Positions 1 through 13,463 of a stretch of DNA of 64,000 bases are shown here, one piece after another. The translations under genes and the position numbers were made by a program. The notes below the pieces were generated by a model that searched no databases, was not told where the DNA came from, and saw only the letters and a list, made by a program, of their open reading frames with translations. Location of the stretch: positions 186,001-250,000 of the forward strand of contig JASANG010003494.1 of the NCBI GenBank assembly GCA_030248215.1, read 5' to 3'. Within the stretch, counting starts at the first letter, position 1; each line of letters begins with the position of its first letter. This DNA is from Enoplolaimus lenunculus (Eukaryota).

Positions 1-248
1 GAACCGTTCGTCTAAAATTATAATCGTTTATGATGGTTAGGGTTTAAGTCTTCATATAATGATGTAATGTAGTATCCTATCTGTTTATTAAGCATGGTGT
101 ACTAAAGTTGGAATCGGCATCGGAAAAAATTTTGGTATCGGCACAGCACATCCCTAACTATGATTTGGCAAACTTTTATTATAATGTATTGTATACATAT
201 GATAAAATTACGCGATCGGAACAGTAATTTTTCACCATACAACCTAGC

Positions 249-993
249 CAGGGTGCACCCGGAATTCCGGTTCCGGCAAATTGTTACCGGAATTAGAAAT
301 TCCGGTATAATATATATATATTAAATTTTGAACGTTGAAAATTAAACATTTTACTAAAAAATGATGATAAAATAAAATAGATTTCAGTAGTAGAGTAGAT
401 GATAAACCATGACAATCACCGAAAATAAACCAATGGTAGATTTCGCTTCCATGGCAGGGTGCAACCGGAATTCCGGTTCCGGTTCCGGCATTTTTTCACC
501 TTCCGGTTCCGGTTCCGGTAAATTTTTACCGGATTTAAAAATTCCGGTATTATAATTTGGCCGTTTTCTTAACTTTGTTAATTTTTAAGAATGTCTTTTG
601 AAAGCCACTTGTACTCCGAATATAAGCCATTGATGGTGGATTTCACTTCAGTCGATGATGAAAATCTAAAATACAACAAATAAAGTAAATACCTATGTTC
701 GACTACGGTTATTTCACAAATAATAGAGCAAAAAATAAGATTAAAATGAAATTTTTGGTGAAATGCATTTTTCACTTTCCGGTTCCGGTTCCGGTTCCGG
801 CAAAATTTTCAAATTCCGGTTCCGGTAAATTGTAATTCCGGTTGCACCCTGTTCCATGGATAATGAAAATATAAAATACAGCAGATTAAGTATTTTTCGC
901 CGGCAACTTTGCATTTCCAGTTCCGTTTCCGGTAATATTTTCGAATTCCGGTCCCGGTGGGTGGCGGCCAATTGTAATTCCGATTGCTCTCTC
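249..993. mobile_element. Older related hAT-like MITE hosting the 455-851 copy
   Basis: CAGGGTGCACCCGGAATT left end, degenerate right end, TSD AACCTAGC/AACCTAAC. Confidence 0.75.
455..851. mobile_element. hAT-like MITE with CCGGTT subterminal repeats
   Basis: TIR CAGGGTGCAACCGGAATT, perfect 8-bp TSD TTCCATGG at 447-454 and 852-859. Confidence 0.9.
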
Positions 994-2376
994 AACCTAA
1001 CCTGTATTATTCCACTTATACGAGAATTTTGTCTGCAGTTCTATGTTTCCTAACAACCGGTACTTATAGAAATTCTCTGCTCACATTTCGTATATATACG
1101 GCATGAAAATTATCATAGAAACATGAATAACTTGCACTGTGCAACAAGATATATTGATTTAGTGCACACTTGCATTTAATTGACCATATGGCCTGCAGGC
1201 GGCTAACAATTATCACAAAGAATCTTACCATACGCCAATTGACTCTTTAAATTAGATCGGCAAAACACCAATTTTTTACAAAGTTTAGTCAAATTCTTAG
1301 ATTTCGTTACCGTCGTGATCCTACTAAATTGCACGAAACCAAAAAAAACTTCGTCAATTTCCCTCAACTTAATGTTTGAAAACAAAATTATTACAACCGA
1401 GAATAATACAGGGGGTCAATACAGGAACCGTGGATCTCCCTACCGGAACCGGAATTTCTACTGCACCGTGTTCCACAACCATTTGTGATCGCACCACGAA
1501 AATCAACTGAGCTGGTTTTGAGATCTAAATACGACCGATATCAACCACTACATCGTGCAAGCTGTAATTTTCGGATCCTCGCTGCAACTATAATAAGCCA
1601 CTGAGACACCGCCGACCTGCGTAGTTTGAACTGCGTTTAGTAATTTTCGAATCCTCGCTGCAACTATAATAAGCCACTAAGACTCCGCCGACCTGCGCAG
1701 TTTGAACTGCGTGTAAACCTTTACAACACAGCAGATATAACCCTAGTTGATTTCTCAGTTCAACAACCTCAACTGAACTATTCTTTTGGTCAATCCGAGC
1801 TAGAACAACCACATATATATACTGCTGAGGGATTAAACTCACTGGCCACTGACATTCATCACAGACACACACACTACCAGATTGATAGTAGCCTTACAAC
1901 AGGATATATGCGAGCTATTCGCGAGCCAGCACGCGTGCGTACAACTCTAGTCACGGCCAACTTGCGCGCACGCAAGTATGTCCACTATTCTATCACCAAT
2001 ATATATATACATTCATCTGTACACTACATTTATATGTGTATAAATATAAATAAACATACATGTTCGAACGCACATAACTATACAAGCATATATATCTACA
2101 GACGTGCTCCCCAAACGCTATTATAATCCCGTACAAGTTGCAATAAAGCGATATATAATATAGATACAGCCAGCCACCCTCGTCGCCCATGTGCATTTGG
2201 AAAATTAGATGACATCAAAAGTTTTCCCTAATATGAATATCCATCTTCTGACAAACTGAACGGTGAACAATAACCAAGCATGGTTTAGATGTTAGAAGAA
2301 ACGGAAAACAATCACACAGCCTGGCTCGTCACGAGTATAGTTACATACTTCTTTACAGAACTGATCAGAACGTTTC

Positions 2377-2410
<34 letters not shown>

Positions 2411-2417
2411 ACACAAC
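2377..2417. repeat. (CAA)n microsatellite
   Basis: Direct reading. (TTG)n also occurs at 19321-19347. Confidence 0.9.
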
Positions 2418-5400
2418 ATCAATGTTAAAGTACCGTTTTCATTTTTAAAACGAACCTCCACCCTTAAAACGTCCTATTTTTTTTATTTTTCGACGCTACA
2501 CAAAAAACGAGCGTAGATGATATTATGTTTATCCTGGTTGACAGAAAAAAGACTTCTTTTCTACATTTACGACTCCCGGACTAAACAAAATTTCAATCAG
2601 CGAACTCTGTTCTGTTGGTGTTCGGCCCCATTAGAAAATTTACTACTATTTGGCACGCCCCGCGTAAGCGTTTTGACATCTGAACACGCCGTGATCCAAA
2701 ATAACGACGTATAAATACACAGGACATTTAGAAGGTAAGGTAGCATCAATAGCAATACATGGAACCATACCCAGCTGCAATTTTTACTGAGTTCAAATCC
2801 ATTAAAAATTCTGATCGCTGTAAGTGTTTATTACTGGCATCGTCAGACAGCTCAACAGGTCGGATCAGGCTTGGTCTGCCGTCATTCTCCTCCTGCTGAT
2901 GAGGACAAAACTTACTGAAATCCGATTGCCAGTTATACGCATACGAAAAGATTTTCAAAAGTAGAATTAGCAAAACCATAATAAAGACCATGCCAAAAAA
3001 ACCAAAATACAAAATCAATATTCTCTCTATGTTAATTCTTGCTCAATTTCAAATCCCAAACCAAACATCTGAATTTTTGGCCATTTTTGAAACGCTACAG
3101 CTGAAATTTAGCTAGCATCTATAGTTGTCACGGCTTGACGAAGATCCAGGGCGCTCACGTGCTACTTATCCGAATTAAATCAAATACTCCGACAGAAAAG
3201 AAATTAACTGCACGCAAAGATGACTTGCAAATACATACGTATTTAAGTATAAGTACAAATGAAGGCCATTCTACTATACACGCCAGATGGCAGATGTTTC
3301 CGGGACCCTAAAATTATACGCATGCACTCTGCATTTTAAATTGTGCATTATACTTATCCAGCGCACTCAAGTACTGACTCGTGCATATGGAAATGCTGCA
3401 AACTACACACGGTATACGTATTATATATGTATATACACTAAACACTACCCATATTATAGTACTCATTAGTAAACGACACACTTCCATTAGCATAAAGTCA
3501 CAATTAACACACGTCGATGGAGCGTACATGCACGTCAAAATGCATGCTTCTATATAACGACACAAATTCTAAACCGATACTGAGGGAAAATTAGAAATTT
3601 AAAGAATTTAAAACTGGAAATCTAACTCGATCAATCTAACTTCCGTCGCTTCTATTTCGATCACTGACAGATGTTTTACACAAACGCTGTGCTATTAATA
3701 AGTCTAATTTTAACAAATATAGGGCAGACATAGGTACATTTCTGTTGTGCTTTACAGGCGCTAGTGTACATGTTAGCCAATTAAAATCATCTGGAGTAAT
3801 ACTTCGGTAGCATTGCAATTATATTCAACGAAGTAATTAAAGTTAACCTTACATTTCTAACTAAGTGTATATGTAAATTCCCACCTCAAATAACTCGTCT
3901 TTATCAAGTCAAAGTATTCAATTGTGCAAATCTTAAATTAATATTGTGCGAGAAGAGTGACGAAGCCTTTGTTGAACAACACTAACTTTACTTTGTTTGT
4001 GGACCCTTACAATCCACAGTATTCATACAAAAAAACTGAACACACCGAGTCTCACTGGGCAAGAAAATCCCCCAAAGTATAACATGTTAGCTGTCACTCA
4101 GGGTCCAAGCGGAATTCCGTTTCAAAACGAGTTCCGATTCCGATATAATCCAGTTCTCCTTTGCAACCTGGTGTCGGGGTAACAAGAGTTGTCACAAAGT
4201 TATTCGAAAACAGTATTAATTGTTAACATGATACCCAAGAAGTCGTCTTCGGTGTTAAATAAGTTACGATCTCAGGTCAGCAAAGCAGTTTTTCAATTGA
4301 TGCACACTGGTCACTGGTCACATAAGCACGAACAACTCTAATCAGTAAAAGATGGCGGTTGGTTTCGGCTAAATTTTCGCAAAAACCTATGTCGTTCGTT
4401 TTATCAATAAAGAAACGTACGTAAGCATTACATTACCTAGTTATAAACGCGAAGACTTAAAACCTAACATCCATAAACGACTACAAAATATTTTGTGAAA
4501 TACAAAGGCAATAGACATGCACATGACATTTTCATGACCAGGAAGAGGCAATGCTAAACGTCAGTAAGTGAAGATGAAAGCATTGCAACTCACTGTATAT
4601 AAATGCTAAAATTATCTGCAAAGAATCGACAATTTTTTGCACTTCCAATAGCGACACTCCCATGGATAATGCCGATTATTACCGGTGCCGCCGATTGACA
4701 CTTCCCTAATTAAAGGTCCGTTTATTGGTTTAAAAAATTCTGGGCCATGAACATGTTTCAATATTAGAACGTACAACTTTACTACAATCACACATCTGGC
4801 TGCTAAACTCGCCGCAAGGATTACACTCCATGCCGTTTAAAAATTCAAAATGATTCGGGATGTGCCAATTAATCGGCATCGGTAATAATTGGCACTTTCC
4901 GCGAATATTGGCATCGGCACTGCAAAAACATTGCAGATTGTTATCTCTCATGCGTCTATATTTGAAAAAATTAATTGAAAAGAACCGTTCTGACAGCCAG
5001 TCTAAGGTGATGTTTCTGTTTCCTGTTGCAACCAGCAATTTTTTTTAAAAAATTGCGGTTTTTTGGGAGGTCAAATTTGGTCTCTCCGGAAAGTCACTTT
5101 TTAAAAAGCAAAAATTCCACACTTTCTTTACAAATACAGCAAAAATTCCGAAGGGTGATCAATGATCATAGATGATCCCCAGAATCGCACGTTTCGAATT
5201 ACAGCACAAGATACGTATATATGTGTTGATTCTATCCCTCAAGTGAATTCCTGATCCGGCCGGAATTCCTGCAAAGCTTCAATTCCTGTTCTGGTTCGTT
5301 ATTCAAAGATGCAGGAAACGGCATTTTTATGGTTTTGTACCAAATTAATTCTAATCATTTAATATTGGAAACTTTGCCTTTTAAAAATTGTTATTTCGAC

Positions 5401-5483
5401 ATGAGTGTTTTTAAAATTACTTCAGTTCTGTTAGTAAACTTATGTCTTCACAAAGATTGATGATGAAATAACTAAAAATTCGC

Positions 5484-5896
5484 CAGGGTGCAAAGCGGAA
5501 CTAGATTATATACGTATATACCGGAATCGGAACAGCAAATATATGCCGGAATCGGAACTACAAAATTTGTGACTATGCGGACAATTTGTATTAACAACAT
5601 ACAATATTGATTTAGAATTCTATTGGCTAGCAAGATTCTCAAAGAAGTCACATGAACAAACTGGCAATAATATTTTGGCTCTGTAAAGCTGAACAACAAT
5701 CAATTATTGATAAGTTAACATGTCGAAAATAATTTAATACATAAATGATACAGAATATTTATACAACATAACACAACAAGTAGGCCTAAAATTAAAATGT
5801 GGAAATTCCGATACCGATTTATTGATTGTGCAATCGGAATCGGAACTCGTTTTTAATTGGAATTCTAATCGGAATCGGAATTCCGATTGCACCCTG
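5484..5896. mobile_element. hAT-like MITE
   Basis: CAGGGTGCAA..TTGCACCCTG, perfect 8-bp TSD AAATTCGC, ATCGGA repeats. Confidence 0.88.
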
Positions 5897-6502
5897 AAAT
5901 TCGCTTAAGCCATTTTTTGGCAAGTTTTCTAATACAAATTCCGGTTCCTGAACAGAAATTCAAATTCCTCGTTGCAACCGGAATTTAATAACAAATATCT
6001 AATTTTGGCATGCATTTCTTCCACAATGGATAGTTTGAAATAACTCCTACCAAAAATGTATATTAAAAATGTGTCATGTCAATTAATCGGCATCGGTAAA
6101 TATCGGAACTCTTTGTCAGCTTCAAACGCCATCGCCACTGCAAAAAGTATCGACATCGGCAAAAATTGCGGTATCCGCACATCACAGGTATACATACGTA
6201 ATATTTAGTGCAATGTGACTGAAAATGTGTCCCCCGTATGGCCTTTTCAAAGATTTGTAATATCGATAAGACATCAATAACTGTGTCAAGAAACCCAGTT
6301 AATACTAAGATTCGAGAATAAACAAGATTATAACCTATATACTATGGCAACTAATACTAAATTACGGTACTTAAGTTTAACATTTTGTTGCACTATGCAC
6401 TTAAATATCTGGCTCCGGCAACTGCCAGAGCCGAATATTGAAGATTCGGCTTCGGCATTGTTTGGTATCAGGTTGAACCATGGCAAATACCTATATTCAA
6501 CG

Positions 6503-6864
6503 CAGTGCGGCAACAAAGGTTCGGATTCGGATTCGGCAAAAATTTGAGGTCCGGATTCGGTTGTGGAAAAGCCGAATCCAACAATGTTCGGCAATATGTT
6601 TTTTCATTTTCAAGCAATAAAATTTTTAAATACCTTGCTATAAAAATCAATATTTTTTATTTCAGGTGAGAAATCTCAGAACTATCGTCGGGACGAAATA
6701 TATTACCGTATTAATAGTTATACGGCTGGCATTGCGTTGATATTCTGAAACAAATTATAAATATATCTGAAATTTGCATAATGCAGGATTCGGATTCGGT
6801 TTCGGATTCGGCAAATTAGCACTGGATTCGGATTCGGTCAAATCGTGGATTCGGTGCCACCCTG
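6503..6864. mobile_element. hAT-like MITE with TTCGGA repeats
   Basis: CAG..CTG termini, perfect 8-bp TSD ATTCAACG. Confidence 0.85.
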
Positions 6865-6958
6865 ATTCAACGTATTATAATACGTACATAAGGTTCCGTG
6901 CTAGTATATTAGAATATAAATAGGACAGTTTTTCCCGGTTTAAGATGTCGTTGGTTAG

Positions 6959-7901
6959 TGTAAGCATGTAAGACATGCTTGTCCGTTATGTGGACAATGC
7001 ACATGCAGTATAGTGCAGCGCACTGTATGAATGCTTGCTGGCAGCATACGGTCGACACATATAGTCGTCGAAAAACAGTTGGAGAGGAGGGCTGCGTGGC
7101 CCAGTGGTAGAGTGTTCGCTTAAGGATCCGTAGGCTCTTTTACAGCTGCTGAGTAGAAATGTCTCAAGTCCCGATTCCTACCAAGACTGACATAGGGGCT
7201 ACTCCGTGGACGCAATGGCAAATTGCCGAGCTATGAACACGGTATCCAGTCGAACATAGGGTGGACGGTCAAGGGACGACCTTATTAAAGGTTAGGGCAT
7301 GTAAGCATGTGAGACAATGAAATTCACATTGTGTTGTATGCTTGCTGAAACAGCATACTGACAACACATATAGTCGACGAAAACTGCAGCTGTAGAGGCG
7401 GGCTGCGTGGCGCAGTGGCAGAGTGTTCGCTTACGGATCCGTAGACTGAGAGTTCGAGCCCCACTCCGGAAGCCGCTTTTCCAGCTGCTTGGTAGAAATG
7501 TCTGATGTCCCTCGCCTCCTACCTAGACTGACATGAGAGCTACACCGTCAGCGCAATGGTAAACTGCCGCGCTATGAACACGGTATCCAGTCGAAAATAG
7601 AATGGACGGTAAAGGGACGACCTCGTTGAAAATAAGGGCATGTAAGCATGTGAGACATGCTTGTCCGTTATGTGCACATGCAATATAGTGCAGTGCACTG
7701 TATATATGCTTGCTAACAGCACGCGATCGACACATAGTCGACGAAAAACAGTTGGAAAGGCGGGCTGCGTGGCCCAGTGATAGAGTATTCGCTTAAGGAT
7801 CCGTAGGCTGAGAGTTCAATCCCCGCAGTGGATGTGGATTCCCCTTTTTCAAGCTGCTTAATTAAAAAGGTCGGAAGTCCCGGTTCCAGCCTAGACTAAC
7901 A
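6959..7901 (+). mobile_element. Miniature non-autonomous LTR retroelement (TRIM), LTR-I-LTR-I-LTR array with tRNA-like sequence in the LTRs
   Basis: Three TG..CA repeats (6959-7192, 7300-7533, 7641-7901) and two 107-bp internal segments with a PBS-like start and purine-rich end. Perfect 5-bp TSD GTTAG at 6954-6958 and 7902-7906. Confidence 0.9.
7401..7480 (+). pseudogene. tRNA-like Pol III unit in LTR2 (related copies at 7763-7849, and at 7090 with box B deleted)
   Basis: Box A TGGCGCAGTGG 7408-7418, box B GTTCGAGCC 7452-7460, TTTT 7477-7480. Confidence 0.75.
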
Positions 7902-10900
7902 GTTAGTCTGTAATTTCGTCATTGTGTCACTTACGTATTTTTAAAACATAATTTTCAAATTCAGAATCAGCAATTTTAGTCGAAAAGGTTATGTCATGAA
8001 TACACAACGCACATTGTTTAAAGAATTGTATCTAAATGTATGCTTTGCTCTGTCATACCAATGACATCGCACGAATCCTGAATGCGCTTCTAGCAGGTAA
8101 TTAAAATTTTCATGAAACGACGGACAACATTCCGTCAAACGGTTGGTTTTACAAAAAATGAAAAAGATTCCCGAATTTGGAAAACAACCACACAAACCGA
8201 TCTGTAGCTAAACAAAGAAATTCGCGGAAAAACATTTAACCTAGCTAAGTAAATATCGTTTCTAAAACATTTTGTGAACAATTAAATGCATATCAAAATA
8301 TAACCAGCACAAAACGATCATTACTTACACTTGTACGTTCGAAATAATAAATTTTCCAGCAAGTGCTTAACTTCCCAAGCCAGAGTCTGTCTAGGGAACT
8401 AGTTGAAAAGATCTGATTCATACGAGTTCAAAACAATCATTTTTGAAACTAGCATACTGGGCTTCAATTTTAATGTATGATACACTATATCTCAAAAACA
8501 GTGCAGATTTTATGATTGTTATTAACACTGGAAAAAGTAAAGTGTTTTTGACAGTGTCCAATTGCTCCTTTTTTCGATTTCAGCGAACACTGATATGCAG
8601 GTCTTATCAAGAACGCGGCATTTACCCTATTTCGTTTCGGAACCGAAGTTGGTTGTGCTGGAAACGCTGCAAAAATGAAAATCCGATAGTTTGGGGTTGC
8701 CATCTGTTCAGTAGGATCAAAGGGCAGGCTTAAGGGTAAACGCCGGAAGTTTGCCTCAAGGTCCGACTCTTCCGAAATATCGACCTTCGGCTCTGCGTAC
8801 GGTCGAATTTTTGCAGGTTTCGTAAATTTTAATAATAGATTTTTTGTACTTTCAAAAAAGTAGTATCAGCGAGTAGTGTTGCAGCGTTGGAATAGTTTTG
8901 AGCGGTATACAACAATATGATTTGCAAATTATGGTTGAAATACGCATCATGTCCAACTCTTACACGCTTCGGCAAATTTTAAATACCGTTTTATCTCCTT
9001 ACTGTACCATCATGATAGGCTTGATAGGCTTTAATATTATCAAAACAAAAACGTAAATAATTCAACGGTGTTAATACGTTTTATGCATGATTAGTACACA
9101 ACAGCAGTCATGTTGGTGATTGGTCTGCTAACATTGAATGCAGTCAAGACTGAGTCTCAAAATTCAGCACTTTTTTCGCACATATTTGCTCTACACATGT
9201 GCCAATTTTGAGTTTAACAACTACAATTGTTAGTTAATAGTTTAGAAACCCATTACTAAACTGAAGGTAGTTGCACACTTTGAGAATATGGTGGGCCCTT
9301 ATACATTTTTTACGCTTTCCAAATGTAGCAAAATATTATATTTATATTTGATATTTGTTTTGGCCATCTTGCGTGCTGTAGTTACTCGCATAACAGGGGT
9401 ACTGAGAGGGTCACCATTTTGAGTCAGCCGGTAAGCGGATAGTCCATAAACCGCAAGGAGTCCACAAAAATGTCAATTTTATCCCTTATTATAGTGCATA
9501 AATGACTAGGATCTAATAAAGTTGAGTTCGAAACTTTAAACCATGAGTACTTAAGTTTTGAAAGTACATTCCTAAGTATAACGTAGCATATCGTTCAAAC
9601 TTTATATACTATACAAATAAACGTTCAGTTCAACGGATAGTTAAAATACCGGATATATATCAGTATTAACGAAGTGTGGCAGATGGCAGGTTGGAAATAA
9701 ACAACAGTACGTAACCAAATAACGGGTGGTACTCTCTGAAGCGGTCAAATAATGTCAGTCTTCCCCTCTTATTCGAGTCACTACAGTAAATCAATGAAAT
9801 GATGTTGTCTATGGTTGCAAAAAGCAATGTTTCAAAATCGCACAAAAATTCATGCGGGAAGAAATACTGGAGGAAACTCTTACACATAGCAAACGCAGCG
9901 ACGTTATCAAATCCTGCGATGACAAAAAACTCATAACCCCTCAGAGGTGGTATTTAAATATAATTGCCTGCTAATCGCCGGTTTCCTTCCATCATTACTT
10001 AAAGCCATGTAGGGGCGGAACGCTTTTCTGTGTGACTGCAATAGTGTAAGCTAAACCTTTAGACTAATTTTTTGCTTGGCTTAGGCTTAGGCTTAGGCTT
10101 AGGCTTAGGCTTAGTAATAAACTCATTCTTACGCTTAGGCTAGGCTTACGCTTAGGAATAAACTCATTCTTATGCTTAGGAATAGACTCATTCTTACGCT
10201 TAGGCTTAGGAATAAACTCATTCTTACGCTTAGGCTTTAGGCTTAGACTTATAGGCTTAGGCTTAGGCTTAAGAGTATGCTTATAATACTGTTCCGCCCC
10301 TATTCTTTACGTTGGCCAATACTTCTAAAAGTCTAACAAGCATGCAAGCTAACACTTTATACAAAAAGCTTGAATAATAGGACGTACTTTATTCAACACA
10401 AACATTTGAAACCTCTATTAAATGAGACACAACATTTTTACAGAAACAATTTATTAGCAATAATTAAAAGTAATCATTTTCCGTTTACTTCTCTGATTTT
10501 CCTCTGGTTTTGAGAAACAAAAAATGTCAAATCAGTTGTGATTGACCAATCATCATAGACCGGCCATAGTTATATGCTTTTTCCCCTGTTTCTGATAATT
10601 AGCAACTTCCAATCGTTTTCTAATTTAGTTTTCAATAAAGGCACAGTTTGGTCGAGCTAAAATACTGCAGGTCATAGCGGTTTATTGTTCAAGCCGGTAA
10701 ATTATAAATGGTTTTGCCAAAAATACCATGCCTGATTGCAGAAAAAATATTAATATTAAATAACTGACAGTTTGAATATTAAACATTCGTACATTATTTG
10801 AGAAGTAATTATTTCTACAGGAAACAATATGTAAAATACGCTTTTATCTTTTTAATCATGGGTTAAACAACAATCAGGGTACAGGAAAATATTATAACCT

Positions 10901-13191
10901 AAACTGTCTGGGGCAGGATGTATATAACCTGTAACTTAGATAATTTTGTTTCAGTAGCAGTTCAAAAACACTAAACATCATTACGCAATTATATATATGC
11001 GAGAGTGCAAGGTGGCGTTGTGCTTTCAGCCAATTTGTAGAACAGGGCTGTAAATACTAGAGGATGCAAAGGGGGGCGGAGTACACTCCAACAACTGAGA
11101 AATTTTTTGTGATAAAATGGTAAGGTTTCTGTACTTTACAAGCTGCAACTGGCGTGTAGGTACAATTTTGTGCGGTTCGTAGACACTATTAATTGTCCCG
11201 ACGCTGTCCGAAGGGAGTCGGGACAAAAGGTAAAAAAATTAAGCAAAATCAATATTAATTATATATGTGTTGTTGTTGTTATGTATGTTTGCGATGCTAC
11301 TTATATGAACACAGTGCAATATGTCTTTACCTCGCCGTTAAGGACTTCCGGACATTATAATGGCCTCGTAATAGAGTGTGTTAAAACGACGTCGGACCTT
11401 GCTCAGACTCAGACATTTTTTGCTGTAGCGCGTGCTATGACGTGGATGTTCCATGAACAATGTGCTGAATTTCGGACCTCACCATACCCTGGATCCGTTA
11501 CAGGACATATCGCTAATTATACGTGGTACGCACGATTGAGAATACGGGCTCTAGGGTCAACCGTTCTATTCAAATAGCCTTTGGTTTAAATAACGACTTG
11601 GTCGGCTAAAACCTATTTACGAAACATAAAAAACGTGTGGAAAATTCTGATTCCGACATCTGTTTAGTGTTCGAATGCTTCGGCGTTTGAGTTTGAGATA
11701 AATTATAGGTTTACTTAAGATGGCGCTATATCTTTGGTGACGTCCGGAGCTGTCCGTCACGGTACGGCACTGTACCGCAAAGCATATAAATTTTCAACAT
11801 GGCTTCGCATAATTCATAAACAAAATTTTTTAACTGCGGTGCTGTACGGCGTCGGACGTTGTCGCACCACAAAAATAGCGCCACCCTACAGGAATGTGGT
11901 TTAATCCGGCGGATATCCGGATATTCGGATATCCAGTGCCCATCTATAGTGCTAACTGTTAACATGCATAGCTTATAGTTGTTCCGTTTACACAATAAAC
12001 AGTTTCGCTCGTTTGATGGAAAAAGACGTCTTCCTTTACAGTCTTGGTTCTCTTATAAGCAAAAGTAATTAAAAAATTAAGAGTAAATTAGGTGGGCTAT
12101 AACCAGTCATCTATTACGTAAAAATGCCGCAATTCAACTCAGCTCGCCGCTTATAAACAGTATTTATGAGAAAATATAGATTTCCAGTACTATTGAAAAT
12201 ACAATTTTGGTTCCGCAGTAGTCGATATAAAAGATCGCGAAAGCGAAAAGATATAATCAAGTTTTAAAAAATTGAAATTTAATTGAAATTATTTGGGGAG
12301 GTTCTGAGGAGCAATTCAGCATAATGTTCTAATATACTACGACAAGAGCGGGTCCTGAACATTTGGATCAATACTTTTAGCAATGTAACAACCAAAACAT
12401 ATTTCTAAATTTAAGCCGCTTCAGCTAAATCTAAAACAAAGCCTAAGCCTAAGCCCAAGCAAAAAATAGTCTAAAATTTAGCGTGAGAAAGCGGACACTA
12501 GCGGAAGCAACCTTAAAATTGTTAACCCTTAGAATTTTTTTGAAAAAATGATAAGGCCCAATTTACAATTTTCCACTCAGAAAATTTTGGTAAAAATTTG
12601 CGTTTCGCAACATTTGCCATTCCTCCCAAGTCAAAAATTTCTGGATCCGCCGCTGAAAGCGGGGCACAACTAAAAGTAACAATTGGCTGAGGTTTGTAGA
12701 ATTTAGCGAGGCAAACCAAATAAACTCTATCTCTGGTGGCTAACGCAAGCATTTATTAGTCACTAGCAATCTTATAAACCTAATACGCAGCAATATTGAA
12801 GAAGTTACATAATAAATAACTATTTTAGAATTGTTTGTTTTACGCTCATAACAATCAGCTCGTTGGTCAGGTTTGCTTTCCTTAAAGCATGAACCTAAAA
12901 CAAGTGCTTAAGAACGAAAATTGAGGTTAGAAAACCGAAAAAAACGCAAAGAAAATTTAATGTTAGAATCCGGGAACCCGGATAAATTTCCGGCAGGACT
13001 TGTCGAATAGAAGTTTATAGGATGTGATCTATATAGTTTCTACAACATTTTTAAACAACTGTTCGCAAACTTTGCAACTCGAAAGGCGTTAACTATTCAC
13101 TAAATGTCTTCGTCCAGGATCTGCCCTAGGACTACAGCTCGCGTGGAAAATGTGGCAGAGATTCAGGCAATCTAGGCAGTGAAACTTTTTA

Positions 13192-13463
13192 GCCCTATTC
13201 ACACGTGCAAGTTTTTGCTGCGAGAACTTATAGCTGCAAATTGCACACAGAACTTTCATTTTTCACCAAGAAATGAGATAGCGGATGCAATAAATTCATT
13301 GAACTTTCACAGTTAATCACAAATGTGAACTAAATTCATAGCTATGACTTTTAATGATTTTTTCGCAGCTGAAAGTTTTTCGAACTTGATTTTGGACAAA
13401 ACTTGCAAGTATAAGTTGCAGCGGCAAATTCTCGCAGCAAAAACTTGCACGTGTGAATAGGAT
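13192..13463. mobile_element. PIF/Harbinger-like palindromic MITE
   Basis: Long TIR CCTATTCACACGTGCAAGTTTTTGCTGCGAGAA, TTA-like flanks. Confidence 0.75.

Noticed and set aside
2896..2925. Hammerhead ribozyme core (CTGATGA..GAAA)
   Set aside because: Stem II does not pair and the sister copy near 28700 lacks GAAA. The candidate at 27831 also lacks stem II.
2746..3018. Hydrophobic ORF duplicated at 28656-28841 as a small membrane protein
   Set aside because: It lies in a retroposon-tail repeat, has no ATG at the called start, and the two copies shift frame relative to each other.
7090..7850. Cluster of functional tRNA genes or tandem tRNA SINEs
   Set aside because: Anticodon stems do not pair, and the units lie inside TG..CA repeats bounded by a 5-bp TSD.
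8584..8735. Possible exon after TTTCAG
   Set aside because: The ATG frame stops after 27 codons, there is no recognisable domain and no partner exon.
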